DNA of 64,000 nucleotides from Geobacteraceae bacterium (GTDB lineage Bacteria; Desulfobacterota; Desulfuromonadia; Geobacterales; Geobacteraceae): NCBI GenBank assembly GCA_036518435.1, contig DATDNF010000034.1, positions 12,446 to 76,445 of the forward strand, read 5' to 3'. Shown piece by piece: positions 50,184 to 59,530 of this stretch (position 1 is its first letter; each line of letters starts with the position of its first letter). The notes under the pieces were generated by a model. It saw only the letters and a program-made list of their open reading frames with translations, ran no database searches and was not told where the DNA came from. The position numbers and the translations under genes were made by a program.

Positions 50184-50362
50184 AACTGATTCATACCATA
50201 ATAAACAGGACGCTGCAATGGCCAGAATTCAGAGGGCCTCGGCATTTCGAGGATGCTTAATTCTCAAGGCGAAAACCTGGCAGAAAAAACAAAAAAACCG
50301 CCGTGCCGGCACCTTGCCGATAGAACTCGCAAACTCCTTCGTCCGGTCCCACAAGTCCTTGC

Positions 50363-50455
50363 TTTCATCCTTCATCATTGACCCCAAGTATGAAGTATGA
50401 GTTATGAATTATGAAATCTTTCATACTTCATAATTCATCCTTGCCTCATAATTGA
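50363..50455. repeat. Palindromic cluster of ATGAA-core heptad repeats (same family as 10631-10663)
   Basis: tttcatccttcatcattg…gtatgaagtatgagttatgaattatgaaa-tc-tttcatacttcataattcatcc…tcataattgat. Confidence 0.6.
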
Positions 50456-50465
50456 TCGTCAGGAG

Positions 50466-50789
50466 CTATGCCGCCAGTTTCTTCAACCTGTCCAGCGTGT
50501 CCGGGAACTTCCTGACGAGCAAAATCAGGGTGGCCGCTTGCTCGTTCGGCTTGGTCAACCCCTGCTCCCACTTCTCCAGGGTACGTGGAGAAAAATGCAG
50601 CTCATGGGCAAAGACGGCGCGGGATAGATTAAGCTTTTCCCGTGTCTCCCTTATCACCTCTGGTGTGACCTCCGGTTTCTGAGCCCGTTCCACCTTGTAG
50701 GTTTTCAGGGTGATCTTGCCGGCAAGATGCTGATTGATCTCCTCTATCCCCTGAACCAGTTCATCAAACAATCTGCGTTTCTTTTTCAT
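50466..50789 (-). CDS. HigA2-like HTH antitoxin (XRE-type)
   Basis: …EVIRETREKLNLSRAVFAHELHFSPRTLEKWEQGLTKPNEQAATLILLV resembles Vibrio HigA2. The continuous ORF extends upstream to 50969 and there encodes a HigB2-like C-terminal fragment. Confidence 0.55.
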   Translation of the reverse strand: MKKKRRLFDELVQGIEEINQHLAGKITLKTYKVERAQKPEVTPEVIRETREKLNLSRAVFAHELHFSPRTLEKWEQGLTKPNEQAATLILLVRKFPDTLDRLKKLAA

Positions 50790-51030
50790 TGGTTCCATGC
50801 CTCCACCCAGTTTCCTGAGATGTTCCTTTTCCTTCTGCGTCAGGTCCGACGCTTCATTCTTGCCGAAGACGCTCAACAGGTAAATGTGACTCCTCGCGCT
50901 TTCCCTTACCTTTCGCCCCCCAGCGTATTTTACGAATGCCGCCGGTGCCGGGTATGATGTCGCCATCATCGGGATGCTGCCGATGCCCGAAGAGAAGCAT
51001 TAGGGGGCATTTGTTTCCCCACTGCTCGAT

Positions 51031-51366
51031 TCAGACCCGGTTGGCCTCATTCTTATGGTAGACGTCGAAGAAGATCACGCTGTTGTCCTCGACCTCGTGG
51101 CAGAATCCGCACTGCTCCTCCAGCTTCTTCCCCTCCTTGCGGCAGAGTTCGCACCAGTGGTATATGAGGCGGTAGTCGCGCCGTCCGACGTACTTCTTGA
51201 GCCGGCCATGGTGCATGCCGTGCATCCAGCCGTCGGCGTCGGCGGGGTTATTGAGGAGCCGGTCGATCACGCCGAGGATGCGGGTATGCCCCGGCGGGTC
51301 GTGTTTTTCGATCTTCGCCATCTTGGCGGTAAAGGCGGGGGTGGGGAAATAAACGAACGGCAACAT
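51031..51366 (-). CDS. RelE/HigB2-like toxin with an inserted CxxC…CxxC zinc-ribbon
   Basis: …GRLKKYVGRRDYRLIYHW[CELCRKEGKKLEEQCGFCHEV]EDNSVIFFDVYHKNEANRV. AGGAGGG ribosome-binding site before MLPFVYF. Confidence 0.5.
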   Translation of the reverse strand: MLPFVYFPTPAFTAKMAKIEKHDPPGHTRILGVIDRLLNNPADADGWMHGMHHGRLKKYVGRRDYRLIYHWCELCRKEGKKLEEQCGFCHEVEDNSVIFFDVYHKNEANRV

Positions 51367-51660
51367 GGTTCCCTCCTGACCGGCGGCAAACCGGCTTGGA
51401 TGTCGAAGGTTCCTTTTTCTCCTACGGTTTGGCGGAAGCAGCCAGCCAGAGGTCGTTCGACGGTATGGGCCGCCCCTTAACAATACAGTAATCAACTATA
51501 AGTTTCAAAGAATTCCGCGGGACGTTCAAGTCCTACCCTCCATCATCCATAATTCATCCGCCTGTTACATCCAAATAATGCAATATATCAATTCAACGCT
51601 TGATGGCGCCGATTTTTTGTGTCATCTTATGGCATCATGACTAAAATCCGGAGATGCTCC

Positions 51661-52404
51661 ATGAAACGAATAATTGCGGGGATGATCATGGCCGCGGCAC
51701 TGGCGGTTTCCGCGGCGGCCTTCGCTGCTCCGGACATCGAGATGGTGCCCGTGAAGGGGGGGTGCTTCCAGATGGGGGACACCTTCGGCGATGGCGGTAA
51801 AAACGAGAAGCCGGTGCACCAGGTCTGTGTCGATGATTTTTATATCGGCAAGTACGTGGTTACGCAGGGCCAGTGGCAGGCGGTGATGGGAAGCAACCCG
51901 TCGTATTTCAAGGCATGCGGCCCGAACTGCCCGGTGGAACAGGTGTCGTGGGACGATGTCCAGAAGTTCATCCGGCGGCTGAACGAGCAGACCGGGAAGA
52001 ACTACCGGCTGCCGTACGAGGCGGAGTGGGAATACGCGGCGCGAAGCGGCGGCAAGCACGAACAGTGGGCCGGAACGAGCAATCCGGATGAACTGGGCGC
52101 CTATGCCTGGTTTGAAGACAACAGCGGCGAAAAGACCCAGCAGGTCGGCATCCGCCGGCCGAACGGCCTGGGTCTGTACGACATGAGCGGCAATGTCTGG
52201 CAGTGGTGCAAGGACCGGTACGACGCAAACTATTACAGAAACAGCCCGAGGAAAAACCCCCACGGCCCCTCGTCGGGTGACAACCGCGTCATGCGCGGCG
52301 GGAGCTGGTGCCTTTCGGAAGGCCTCATCCGGGCGGCTAGCCGCAACTCCCGCGCACCGTCCAGCCGTCTCGACTGCATCGGCTTCCGGCTCGTCCTCCA
52401 GTAA
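51661..52404 (+). CDS. Formylglycine-generating-enzyme (SUMF1/FGE-sulfatase) family protein, secreted
   Basis: Signal peptide. VSWDDVQKF…RLPYEAEWEYAARSG…GNVWQWCKD…RGGSW motifs. Confidence 0.7.
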   Translation: MKRIIAGMIMAAALAVSAAAFAAPDIEMVPVKGGCFQMGDTFGDGGKNEKPVHQVCVDDFYIGKYVVTQGQWQAVMGSNPSYFKACGPNCPVEQVSWDDVQKFIRRLNEQTGKNYRLPYEAEWEYAARSGGKHEQWAGTSNPDELGAYAWFEDNSGEKTQQVGIRRPNGLGLYDMSGNVWQWCKDRYDANYYRNSPRKNPHGPSSGDNRVMRGGSWCLSEGLIRAASRNSRAPSSRLDCIGFRLVLQ

Positions 52405-52432
52405 AGGCGGGGGTGGGCACGTAGTCCAGATC

Positions 52433-52765
52433 TTACCTCACCAGCCAATGGTGGACGACGGCCCCGGCAAACCAGACGGCGAAGCCGGCCGACAACGCCA
52501 GGGAAAAGGGGAGCTGGCGGCGGAAACAGTACTGGGCGGCGACGAAGAAGAGGATGGTCGGGATGATCCCCCAGAGCACCCCCCGCGTGTAGGCGGTCAT
52601 CAGCCGGAAGTCCCCCGGCTTGTCCAGGTGGAGCCAGACCAGGACCAGGAGCGAGGTGAGGGGCATGGTGGCGATCAGGCCGCCGAGGGTGGGGTAGCTC
52701 CTGCCGATCCGGGCGCAGGCGACGACGATGAGGTTGGTGATGGCGAGCTTGAGAAGGAACTGCAC
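52433..52765 (-). CDS. Small integral membrane protein
   Basis: GTG start one codon after the upstream stop. Three hydrophobic helices. Only this C-terminal part of the long low-complexity ORF is plausible. Confidence 0.35.
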   Translation of the reverse strand: MQFLLKLAITNLIVVACARIGRSYPTLGGLIATMPLTSLLVLVWLHLDKPGDFRLMTAYTRGVLWGIIPTILFFVAAQYCFRRQLPFSLALSAGFAVWFAGAVVHHWLVR

Positions 52766-52767
52766 GG

Positions 52768-53535
52768 CTAGGCGAGCACCGACAGCAGCGCCTGGTCGAT
52801 CTTCTCCACGTCCACCCTGGTGTTGAAGCAGGGGCCGAAGGGGCGGTCGTTCAGGACGCCGATCACCGGCAGGGGGTAGCAGTCCTTGATCCCGGAGGTG
52901 AGGTCCCGCTCGCACGCCACCGCCACCACGAGCTTCGGCCGCTTCTCGATGATCACCTTCCGGGCGAGGGTTCCGCCGGTCGCCACCGAGATGTCGATCC
53001 GGTACTTCTCCGCCAGTTCCGCCAGGCCCTTGATGTCGCACCTGCCACAGCGGATGCACTTGTTGATGTCGCCGGTGACCTTGATCTCGCAGTCGAAGAG
53101 CTGGAGGCAGTGGGGAAGGAGGATGAGTATCCGGTCGCTCTTCACCAGCAGCCGCTGGGACTGGACCAGGCTGTTGTTCATGGCGACGAACGACTGGCGG
53201 ATGGTGTCCTTGGGGATGCCGAACGCGGTGCCGAGGAACTCGATCATCGGGAGGAGGAACTTGATCACCACCCCGCGCATGAAGCGGGTGAGCAGGATGT
53301 CCTTGCCGAGGGCGGTGGTGAGGACGAGCAGGATGGTGCCGAGGAGCGCTATGCCGGAGAGGGCGGCGAAAACAAGCCCGACGATACGGGGGAGATCCGG
53401 GTGGATGTTGGCGAGCCCCCGGGTCGGTATCCACCAGAGGAGGTAGATGACTCCGACGATCAGGAGGCAGGTAGCTCCCATGAGCGCCACGAACAAACGC
53501 TTGCGGGGTGCAACGTGCTTCTGCATATCAGTCAC
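52768..53535 (-). CDS. DUF116-family membrane protein
   Basis: N-terminal transmembrane segments plus a C-terminal CIRCGRCD…C-rich domain. Overlaps fmt by 8 nt. Confidence 0.5.
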   Translation of the reverse strand: MTDMQKHVAPRKRLFVALMGATCLLIVGVIYLLWWIPTRGLANIHPDLPRIVGLVFAALSGIALLGTILLVLTTALGKDILLTRFMRGVVIKFLLPMIEFLGTAFGIPKDTIRQSFVAMNNSLVQSQRLLVKSDRILILLPHCLQLFDCEIKVTGDINKCIRCGRCDIKGLAELAEKYRIDISVATGGTLARKVIIEKRPKLVVAVACERDLTSGIKDCYPLPVIGVLNDRPFGPCFNTRVDVEKIDQALLSVLA

Positions 53536-54481
53536 GGGATGCGTCCTTGTTCCCCAGGACGGTGCCCGGTTCGATCTTGCAGCCGGCCAAAAATTCCCCG
53601 GCGGCGAGGCGCTTGCGCCCTTCCAGCTGCAGCTCTTCGATTAGGATGCTGCCGCTGCCGCAGGCGATCTCGATCCCCCGCCGGTCGGCCCGCAGCACTG
53701 TTCCCGGCATCCCGGAGCCGGTTCCAACGGCGGCCCGGTACACCTTCACGGTCTTCCCGTCGAGATGGGTGAACGCCCCCGGCCAGGGGGTAACCCCGCG
53801 CACCAGGTTCTTGATTGCCTGCGCCCCCTTTGCCCAGTCGATCAGGCCATCCTCCTTCTTGAGCATTGGGGCGTAGCAGGAAAGGGCGTCGTCCTGCTTT
53901 TCCGGCACGAGCTTCTCCGCGAGGAGGAGCCCCAGGGTCTCATCCAGCGCCGCGGCGCCGATCGCCGCCAGCCGGTCGTGGAGAGAGCTCGAGTCTTCGT
54001 CCGGGTCGATGGGAGTCGCTTTCTTCACCAGCATGTCGCCGGTGTCGAGCCCCACGTCCATCTGCATGGTGGTTACGCCGCTCTCGGTCTCGCCGTTGAT
54101 GATGCACCAGTTGATGGGGGCGGCCCCCCGGTAGCGGGGGAGCAGCGAAGCGTGGACGTTGATGCAGCCGTGGCGGGGGATCTCCAGGAGGGTCTTGGGG
54201 AGGATCTGGCCGAAGGCGACCACCACGATCAGGTCGGGGGCGAGCTCACGCATCTGCTCGACGAACTCGGGGGCGCGCACCTTCACGGGCTGCAGGACGG
54301 CAATGCCGTGTTGCTGCGCCAGCACCTTGACCGGCGGCGGGGCGAACTGCTGGCCCCGACCCTTCGGCCGGTCGGGCTGGGTGACCACCGCCAGGATCTC
54401 CTCGCCGCGTTCGATCAGTTTCTGCAGGGTGGGACAGGCGAACTCCGGGGTCCCCATGAATACCAGGCGCAAACGCGGCAT
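53528..54481 (-). CDS. fmt: Methionyl-tRNA formyltransferase
   Basis: MPRLRLVFMGTPEFA…HASLLPRYRGAAPI are canonical. Confidence 0.9.
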   Translation of the reverse strand: MPRLRLVFMGTPEFACPTLQKLIERGEEILAVVTQPDRPKGRGQQFAPPPVKVLAQQHGIAVLQPVKVRAPEFVEQMRELAPDLIVVVAFGQILPKTLLEIPRHGCINVHASLLPRYRGAAPINWCIINGETESGVTTMQMDVGLDTGDMLVKKATPIDPDEDSSSLHDRLAAIGAAALDETLGLLLAEKLVPEKQDDALSCYAPMLKKEDGLIDWAKGAQAIKNLVRGVTPWPGAFTHLDGKTVKVYRAAVGTGSGMPGTVLRADRRGIEIACGSGSILIEELQLEGRKRLAAGEFLAGCKIEPGTVLGNKDASRD

Positions 54482-54996
54482 CAGTCTGGCTCCTGCATGT
54501 CTTCCCGCAGGCGGCGGTATTTCTTGCGGAACATCTCCCGCTTCAGGGGGGAAATATGGTCGACGAACAGGACCCCGTCCAGGTGGTCGATCTCGTGCTG
54601 GAAGGCGATGGCCAGCAGCCCCTCCGCCTTGAAGGTGATCTCCTCCCCCTCAAGGTTGAGGGCCTTGACCACCACCCGGGCGTGCCGGTGGACGTTGGCG
54701 GCGTATTTCGGGATGGAGAGGCACCCCTCCTCCTCGTACGACTCCCCTTCGGCATGGACGATGGCCGGGTTGATGGCGACGATCAGCTCGGGCGCTTCGT
54801 CCTTGGTGGAAACGTCGATCACCACGACCCGCTGGTGAACGCCGATCTGGGGGGCGGCCAGACCGACCCCGGGGGCGGCGTACATGGTCTCCGCCATGTC
54901 CCGGACGAGCTCGACGGTCTTATCGTTGATAACCGTCACCGGAGCCGATTTCTTCTTCAGTTCCGGGTCGGGATAGGTGAGAATCTTCTGTATCAT
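54481..54996 (-). CDS. def: Peptide deformylase
   Basis: GVGLAAPQIG, EGCLS and QHEIDHLDG motifs. GAGGAAG ribosome-binding site. Confidence 0.9.
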   Translation of the reverse strand: MIQKILTYPDPELKKKSAPVTVINDKTVELVRDMAETMYAAPGVGLAAPQIGVHQRVVVIDVSTKDEAPELIVAINPAIVHAEGESYEEEGCLSIPKYAANVHRHARVVVKALNLEGEEITFKAEGLLAIAFQHEIDHLDGVLFVDHISPLKREMFRKKYRRLREDMQEPD

Positions 54997-55163
54997 GCTC
55001 TTCCTCTGCTCTGCTGTGTGGTAACCACTATATAAAGTTGGGCGGAAAAATGCAAATGTTTCCTTTCTCCCCTGTCGGCGCCCCTTTGCGGGCGCAAAAA
55101 AATGCCCGGCCGCTTGCGCGGCACGGGCAGGGTTGTGGCAACGGTTATTTGCTGCGTACGCTG

Positions 55164-55640
55164 TCACACGGGGGTCACGCCGGCACCCCAGCGGTCGAGC
55201 TCAGCCACGACATGCCGGACCAGGGGTTCGAGCCGGGCCGCAACGAGGGGCGACAGCTCCATCCCCATGTCGATCAGCGCCGGCTGCACCCCCCAGAGGA
55301 CCATCTCGCGGGGTGCGAACCCCTGCAGCATGGCGACCGCCAGGAGGTCCTTCAGCCCCATCTGGTGGGGGGAGACCTTGGTTTCCAGGACGATCGGCAC
55401 CTCGTCCCCCGCAAGCCTCACCACGGTGCCCGGCGGCTGGCCGGTCTCCACCGCGTCCACCACCAGGAGCCTTGCCACCCCTTCCAGCCTCGGCAGGAGG
55501 TCCAGGCCGAGGGTCCCGCCGTCCAGGACCGTCACGCGCGGAGGGAATCGGTAGCGCTCCGCCAGAAGCTGCACGACCCTCACCCCGACGCCGTCGTCCG
55601 ACATGATGAGGTTTCCTATCCCCAGGACCAGAATCGACAA
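55164..55640 (-). CDS. hyaD: Hydrogenase maturation endopeptidase (HyaD/HybD family)
   Basis: MSILVLGIGNLIMSDDGVG is canonical. Confidence 0.85.
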   Translation of the reverse strand: MSILVLGIGNLIMSDDGVGVRVVQLLAERYRFPPRVTVLDGGTLGLDLLPRLEGVARLLVVDAVETGQPPGTVVRLAGDEVPIVLETKVSPHQMGLKDLLAVAMLQGFAPREMVLWGVQPALIDMGMELSPLVAARLEPLVRHVVAELDRWGAGVTPV

Positions 55641-55646
55641 ATCGCC

Positions 55647-56309
55647 TCACTCCTCTGCTTTTACGGGTTTGTAGCCGCTGAATATGCTCGACATCACCCC
55701 GCCCCGCTCCTTGACGTCCATCAGCCAGGCGCTGTAGACGTGATGGATGGCAAAGGCGATCAGGAGCCACATCACCATGTGGTGGGTAAGGCGCATCCCC
55801 TGGTTGGAGAAGAGCAGGAACAGCCACCCGGTCGCCTTGTGCATGAACGACCGGGGGGCGTGCTCGGCATAGAGGGCGAAGCCGGTCCCCATCATGACCA
55901 GGTAGAGGGTGAACACGGCGGAGTAGGCGGTGCCGGCCAGGGCATTGTGCCCCACGGGGTGGGGCGCTTTCTTGCCGATGAACGTGTAGTACTTGAAGGT
56001 CTCCAGCATGTTGCGCCTCCCTGCGGACGAGAGGAAGGGTAAGAACTCCCGCCAGGAGGCGTATTTGTTCCCCACGAGCATCCAGTAGATGCGGGCCAGC
56101 ACGCTGACGGAGAAGGCGTAGGCCGCCGTGAAATGGACGAACCTGATCCATCCCATGACGAAGCGGGAGGGCTCCTGCGCCAGGGTTTTGGCGGTGCCGA
56201 TGTAGATGCCGGTCGCGGAGAGGGTGACGATGGCGAGGAAGTTCACCCAGTGGGTGACCCGCACCGGCACTTCCCAGACATACTTTTCATACAGGCCGTC
56301 TTTTCCCAT
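55647..56309 (-). CDS. hyaC: Ni/Fe-hydrogenase b-type cytochrome subunit
   Basis: 4 transmembrane segments with conserved His ligands. Position within the operon. Confidence 0.8.
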   Translation of the reverse strand: MGKDGLYEKYVWEVPVRVTHWVNFLAIVTLSATGIYIGTAKTLAQEPSRFVMGWIRFVHFTAAYAFSVSVLARIYWMLVGNKYASWREFLPFLSSAGRRNMLETFKYYTFIGKKAPHPVGHNALAGTAYSAVFTLYLVMMGTGFALYAEHAPRSFMHKATGWLFLLFSNQGMRLTHHMVMWLLIAFAIHHVYSAWLMDVKERGGVMSSIFSGYKPVKAEE

Positions 56310-56395
56310 GGGGGCCTCCTAGCCCGATAAACAGGATAAGTGCGTTAACGAAGTCCTGTTCCGCCTGAAAATGGCAGAACAGGACTTCTAACTTA

Positions 56396-58096
56396 CTAAA
56401 GCACGTTGACCTTCACCATCGCGTTTCCCGTGGCGTCCAGCACGTGGACCGCGCAGGCGAGGCAGGGGTCGAAGGAGTGGATGGTGCGCAGGATCTCCAG
56501 CGGCTTGTTCGGGTCAGCCATCGGTGTCCCGACCAGCGCCGCCTCGTACGGCCCCCTTTGCCCCTTGGCGTCGCGGGGGGAGGCGTTCCAGGTGGAAGGG
56601 ACCACCGCCTGGTAGTTGAGGATCTTCTGGTCCTTGATCCTGATCCAGTGGCCCAGCGCCCCGCGCGGCGCCTCGTGCCAGCCGTATCCTGAGGCCTCGG
56701 CGGGCCAGGTGGCGGGGTCCCACTTCTCGCCGTTATGCGCCGCGTAGTCACCCTTGCCGATGTTGTCGATCAGCTGGTCGAGCCATTTCGGGGTTTCCCG
56801 GGCGATCAACAGGCAGTCGATGCCGCGGGCGGCGGTACGGCCCAAGGTGGAGAAGAGCGCCTCGGGTCCCACGCCGAGTTTCTTCAGGACGCCGTCCACC
56901 GCGTCCTTTGCCTCTTTTTGCCCCGAGCCGTAGGCGACCAGCACCCGGGCCAGGGGACCGACCTCCATCGGCTGGTCGTCGTAGCGCGGGGCCTTGACCC
57001 ACGAGTATTTGCCGTTGGTGTCGAGGTTCTGGTAGGGGGGCTTGGGGCCGGTGTATTTCCCCTCCGATTCCCCCTCCCAGGGGTGGAGCCCCTTGCCGGC
57101 GCCGGTGCCGTATTCGTACCAGGAATGGTCCACATACTCGGCGACCTTCTTCTGGTCCGCCGGCTGCACCTTGGTGATCCCCTTGTTCATGATGACCCCG
57201 GCCGGGAGCCAGAGTTTCCCGTTCATGGGGTCGGGGAACTCGCCGTAGCAGAGGTAGTTGCCCACCCCGCCGCCGATGGCCGCCCACTCCTTGTAGAAGG
57301 AGGCGACCGCCAGGAGGTCGGGGATGTAGACCTTCTCCACGAACTCCTGCGCCTTGGCGAGGAGCCGCTTGATCTCCTCCAGCTTCTCGGCGTTGAGGGC
57401 GTTCTGGGAGTCGGGATCGATGGGGATCGCCATTCCCCCTACCAGGAAGGTCTGGGGGTGGGGGTTCTTGCTCCCGAGGATGGCGTGGATCTTGATCACG
57501 TCCTTCTGCCACTCCAGCGCCTCCAGGTAGTGGGCGGTGGCCATCAGGTTCGCCTCCGGCGGGAGCTTGTAGGCGGGGTGTCCCCAGTAGGCGTTGGCGA
57601 AGGGGCCGAGCCTCCCCTTGGCGACGAAGGCCTTCAGCTTCTCCTGCACCCCCTTGAAATAGGTGGGGGAGTTGAGCGGCCAGTCGGAGATGGAGGCGGC
57701 GAGCGCCGCCGTCTTCGCCGGGTCCGCCTTGAGCGCTGAAGTGATGTCGACCCAGTCGAGGGCGTGCAGGTGGTAGAAGTGGATCACGTGGTCCTGGACA
57801 TTCTGGATGCCGATGATGATGTTCCGGATCAGTTCCGCGTTGGGAGGGACCTTGACGTTCAGGGCGTTTTCCACCGCCCTGATGGAGGCGATGGAATGCA
57901 CCGTGGTGCAGACGCCGCAGAAACGCTGGGTGAAGTACCAGGCGTCACGCGGGTCCCGGCCCTGGAGGATCTTCTCGATGCCGCGGAACATGGTGCTGCT
58001 GCTCCAGGCGTCGGTGACCCTTCCTCCCTGTACTTCCGCCTCGATGCGGAGATGCCCTTCAATTCTGGTAATCGGATCTACGACGATCTTGGCCAT
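56396..58096 (-). CDS. hyaB: [NiFe] hydrogenase large subunit
   Basis: N-terminus RIEGH…RFCGVC. C-terminus DPCLACAVH. Confidence 0.95.
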   Translation of the reverse strand: MAKIVVDPITRIEGHLRIEAEVQGGRVTDAWSSSTMFRGIEKILQGRDPRDAWYFTQRFCGVCTTVHSIASIRAVENALNVKVPPNAELIRNIIIGIQNVQDHVIHFYHLHALDWVDITSALKADPAKTAALAASISDWPLNSPTYFKGVQEKLKAFVAKGRLGPFANAYWGHPAYKLPPEANLMATAHYLEALEWQKDVIKIHAILGSKNPHPQTFLVGGMAIPIDPDSQNALNAEKLEEIKRLLAKAQEFVEKVYIPDLLAVASFYKEWAAIGGGVGNYLCYGEFPDPMNGKLWLPAGVIMNKGITKVQPADQKKVAEYVDHSWYEYGTGAGKGLHPWEGESEGKYTGPKPPYQNLDTNGKYSWVKAPRYDDQPMEVGPLARVLVAYGSGQKEAKDAVDGVLKKLGVGPEALFSTLGRTAARGIDCLLIARETPKWLDQLIDNIGKGDYAAHNGEKWDPATWPAEASGYGWHEAPRGALGHWIRIKDQKILNYQAVVPSTWNASPRDAKGQRGPYEAALVGTPMADPNKPLEILRTIHSFDPCLACAVHVLDATGNAMVKVNVL

Positions 58097-58099
58097 CTA

Positions 58100-59221
58100 T
58101 CAATCCTCCTTTGCCCCTTCGGAATCGTCTCCATGGCGGAATGCGCTGATCACCCCGTGGGCGCCGAACGCCACGGCCGTCGCCGTCGCGATGCCGAGGC
58201 CGATCTTGTCGGCGGTGGTCTCGATGCCGAAGCCCGGCACGTGCGGCAACCGCCGGTAGAACGGCGTCATGGTGTCCCAGAACTGCGGCTCCGAGCAGCC
58301 GACACAGCCGTGCCCCGAGCCGACCGGCCAGTTGGTCTTCTCGTTGTATCTCTGGATCGGGCAGTTGTGGTAGGTTTCCGGTCCCTTGCACCCCATCTTG
58401 TACAGGCAGTGCCCCTTCCGGTGGGCGGTATCGCCCCATTTTTCCACGTACTGCCCCGCGTCGAAGTGGGGGCGGCGCTCGCAGTTGTCGTGGATACGCT
58501 TGCCGTAGGCGAAGAGGGGACGGCCGAGGCTGTCGGTGGCGGGGAGCTTGCCGAATACCAGGAAGTGGACGATGGTTGCCGTCAGGTTGTCCGCGTTGAG
58601 CGGGCAGCCGGGGAGGTTGATCACTGTGGCGCCGGGGACCGCAGTTTTCACGCCGACCGCGCCGGTCGGGTTGGGCGCGGCGGCCGGGATGCCGCCGAAG
58701 GTGGCGCAGGTGCCGACCGCCACCGTGGCGAGGGCGTTGCCGCACACTTCGCGGGCGGTATCGACCGCCGCTCGGCCCGCGACGCAGCAGTAGACGCCGC
58801 CGTCCTTCAGGGGGATGGCCCCCTCCACAACCGCGATGTATTTACCCTTCTGCTCCTTCACCACCTTGGCGAGCGCCTCTTCCGCCTGGAACCCCGCCGC
58901 CGCCATGATGGTCTCGTGGTAGTCGACCGACAGGATGTCCAGGACAATCTCCGCCACGGTCGGGTTGGCGGCCCGCAGGAGCGCCTCGGTGTCGCCGGCG
59001 CAGTCCTGGAACTCCAGCCAGACCAGGGTGGGGCGCTTCACCTCGTCGAGCGCCTGGGCGATCTTCGGGGCAAACGTCACGGGAAGGGCGAGCGCGGCGG
59101 ACATCGCGGTGCAGAATTTCATGAAGTCGCGACGGGTGACACCTCGTTCTTCCAGTATCCGGGGTAAATCAAAATACTGTTCTACTGAATCGGATTTGTT
59201 TACATCGTCCTTTTTCCCCAT
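58100..59221 (-). CDS. hyaA: [NiFe] hydrogenase small subunit (Tat signal)
   Basis: TRRDFMKFC twin-arginine motif. FeS cysteine clusters. Confidence 0.9.
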   Translation of the reverse strand: MGKKDDVNKSDSVEQYFDLPRILEERGVTRRDFMKFCTAMSAALALPVTFAPKIAQALDEVKRPTLVWLEFQDCAGDTEALLRAANPTVAEIVLDILSVDYHETIMAAAGFQAEEALAKVVKEQKGKYIAVVEGAIPLKDGGVYCCVAGRAAVDTAREVCGNALATVAVGTCATFGGIPAAAPNPTGAVGVKTAVPGATVINLPGCPLNADNLTATIVHFLVFGKLPATDSLGRPLFAYGKRIHDNCERRPHFDAGQYVEKWGDTAHRKGHCLYKMGCKGPETYHNCPIQRYNEKTNWPVGSGHGCVGCSEPQFWDTMTPFYRRLPHVPGFGIETTADKIGLGIATATAVAFGAHGVISAFRHGDDSEGAKED

Positions 59222-59470
59222 AGGAACCTCCTTGTCTCGCGGAGCGTATTGGTGTCGGAAGTCGAGATGGCCCTTGCCTAGTAAGCACGATTCGATGGTA
59301 ATATAATGAGACGATGTTTTGCAAAATTCCGAGCTTTTGTCAAGGGAAATTGTTGCCGATTATTTAATGACAGCGGCTTTAATTATAATAATAGAACAAG
59401 TTCTTTTTTCTTCAAGCGCATGCGCCTGTATTCGTGATGAAAAAGTTTTGAAGCCGCACGTGTTTTTGCA

Positions 59471-59502
59471 CAAAAAAGGAGCGAATAAAATCTATTCGCT
59501 CC
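59471..59502 (-). terminator. Terminator after pckA
   Basis: GGAGCGAATA…ATTCGCTCC followed by TTTTTTG on the minus strand. Confidence 0.5.
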
Positions 59503-59530
59503 CCGCGCTTCGGATGTTCCTTTGCCAATC

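Noticed and set aside
50790-50969. N-terminal 60-aa extension of the antitoxin ORF taken as part of the antitoxin
   Set aside because: This segment matches the C-terminus of a HigB2-type toxin, not an antitoxin. It is treated as a toxin-gene remnant or fusion (see finding), and the antitoxin is called from the internal Met.
52433-53434. 333-aa minus-strand ORF overlapping the DUF116 gene
   Set aside because: The N-terminal 220 aa are P/R/G-rich nonsense in an alternative frame of the DUF116 gene. Only the last ~110 codons (52433-52765, own GTG start) look like a real membrane protein.
59300-59470. Possible regulator-binding palindromes in the AT-rich hya promoter region (TTGTCAA…N24…TGACAG, GCGCATGCGC)
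   Set aside because: Short and unsupported by a known consensus that I can verify. Could be chance.
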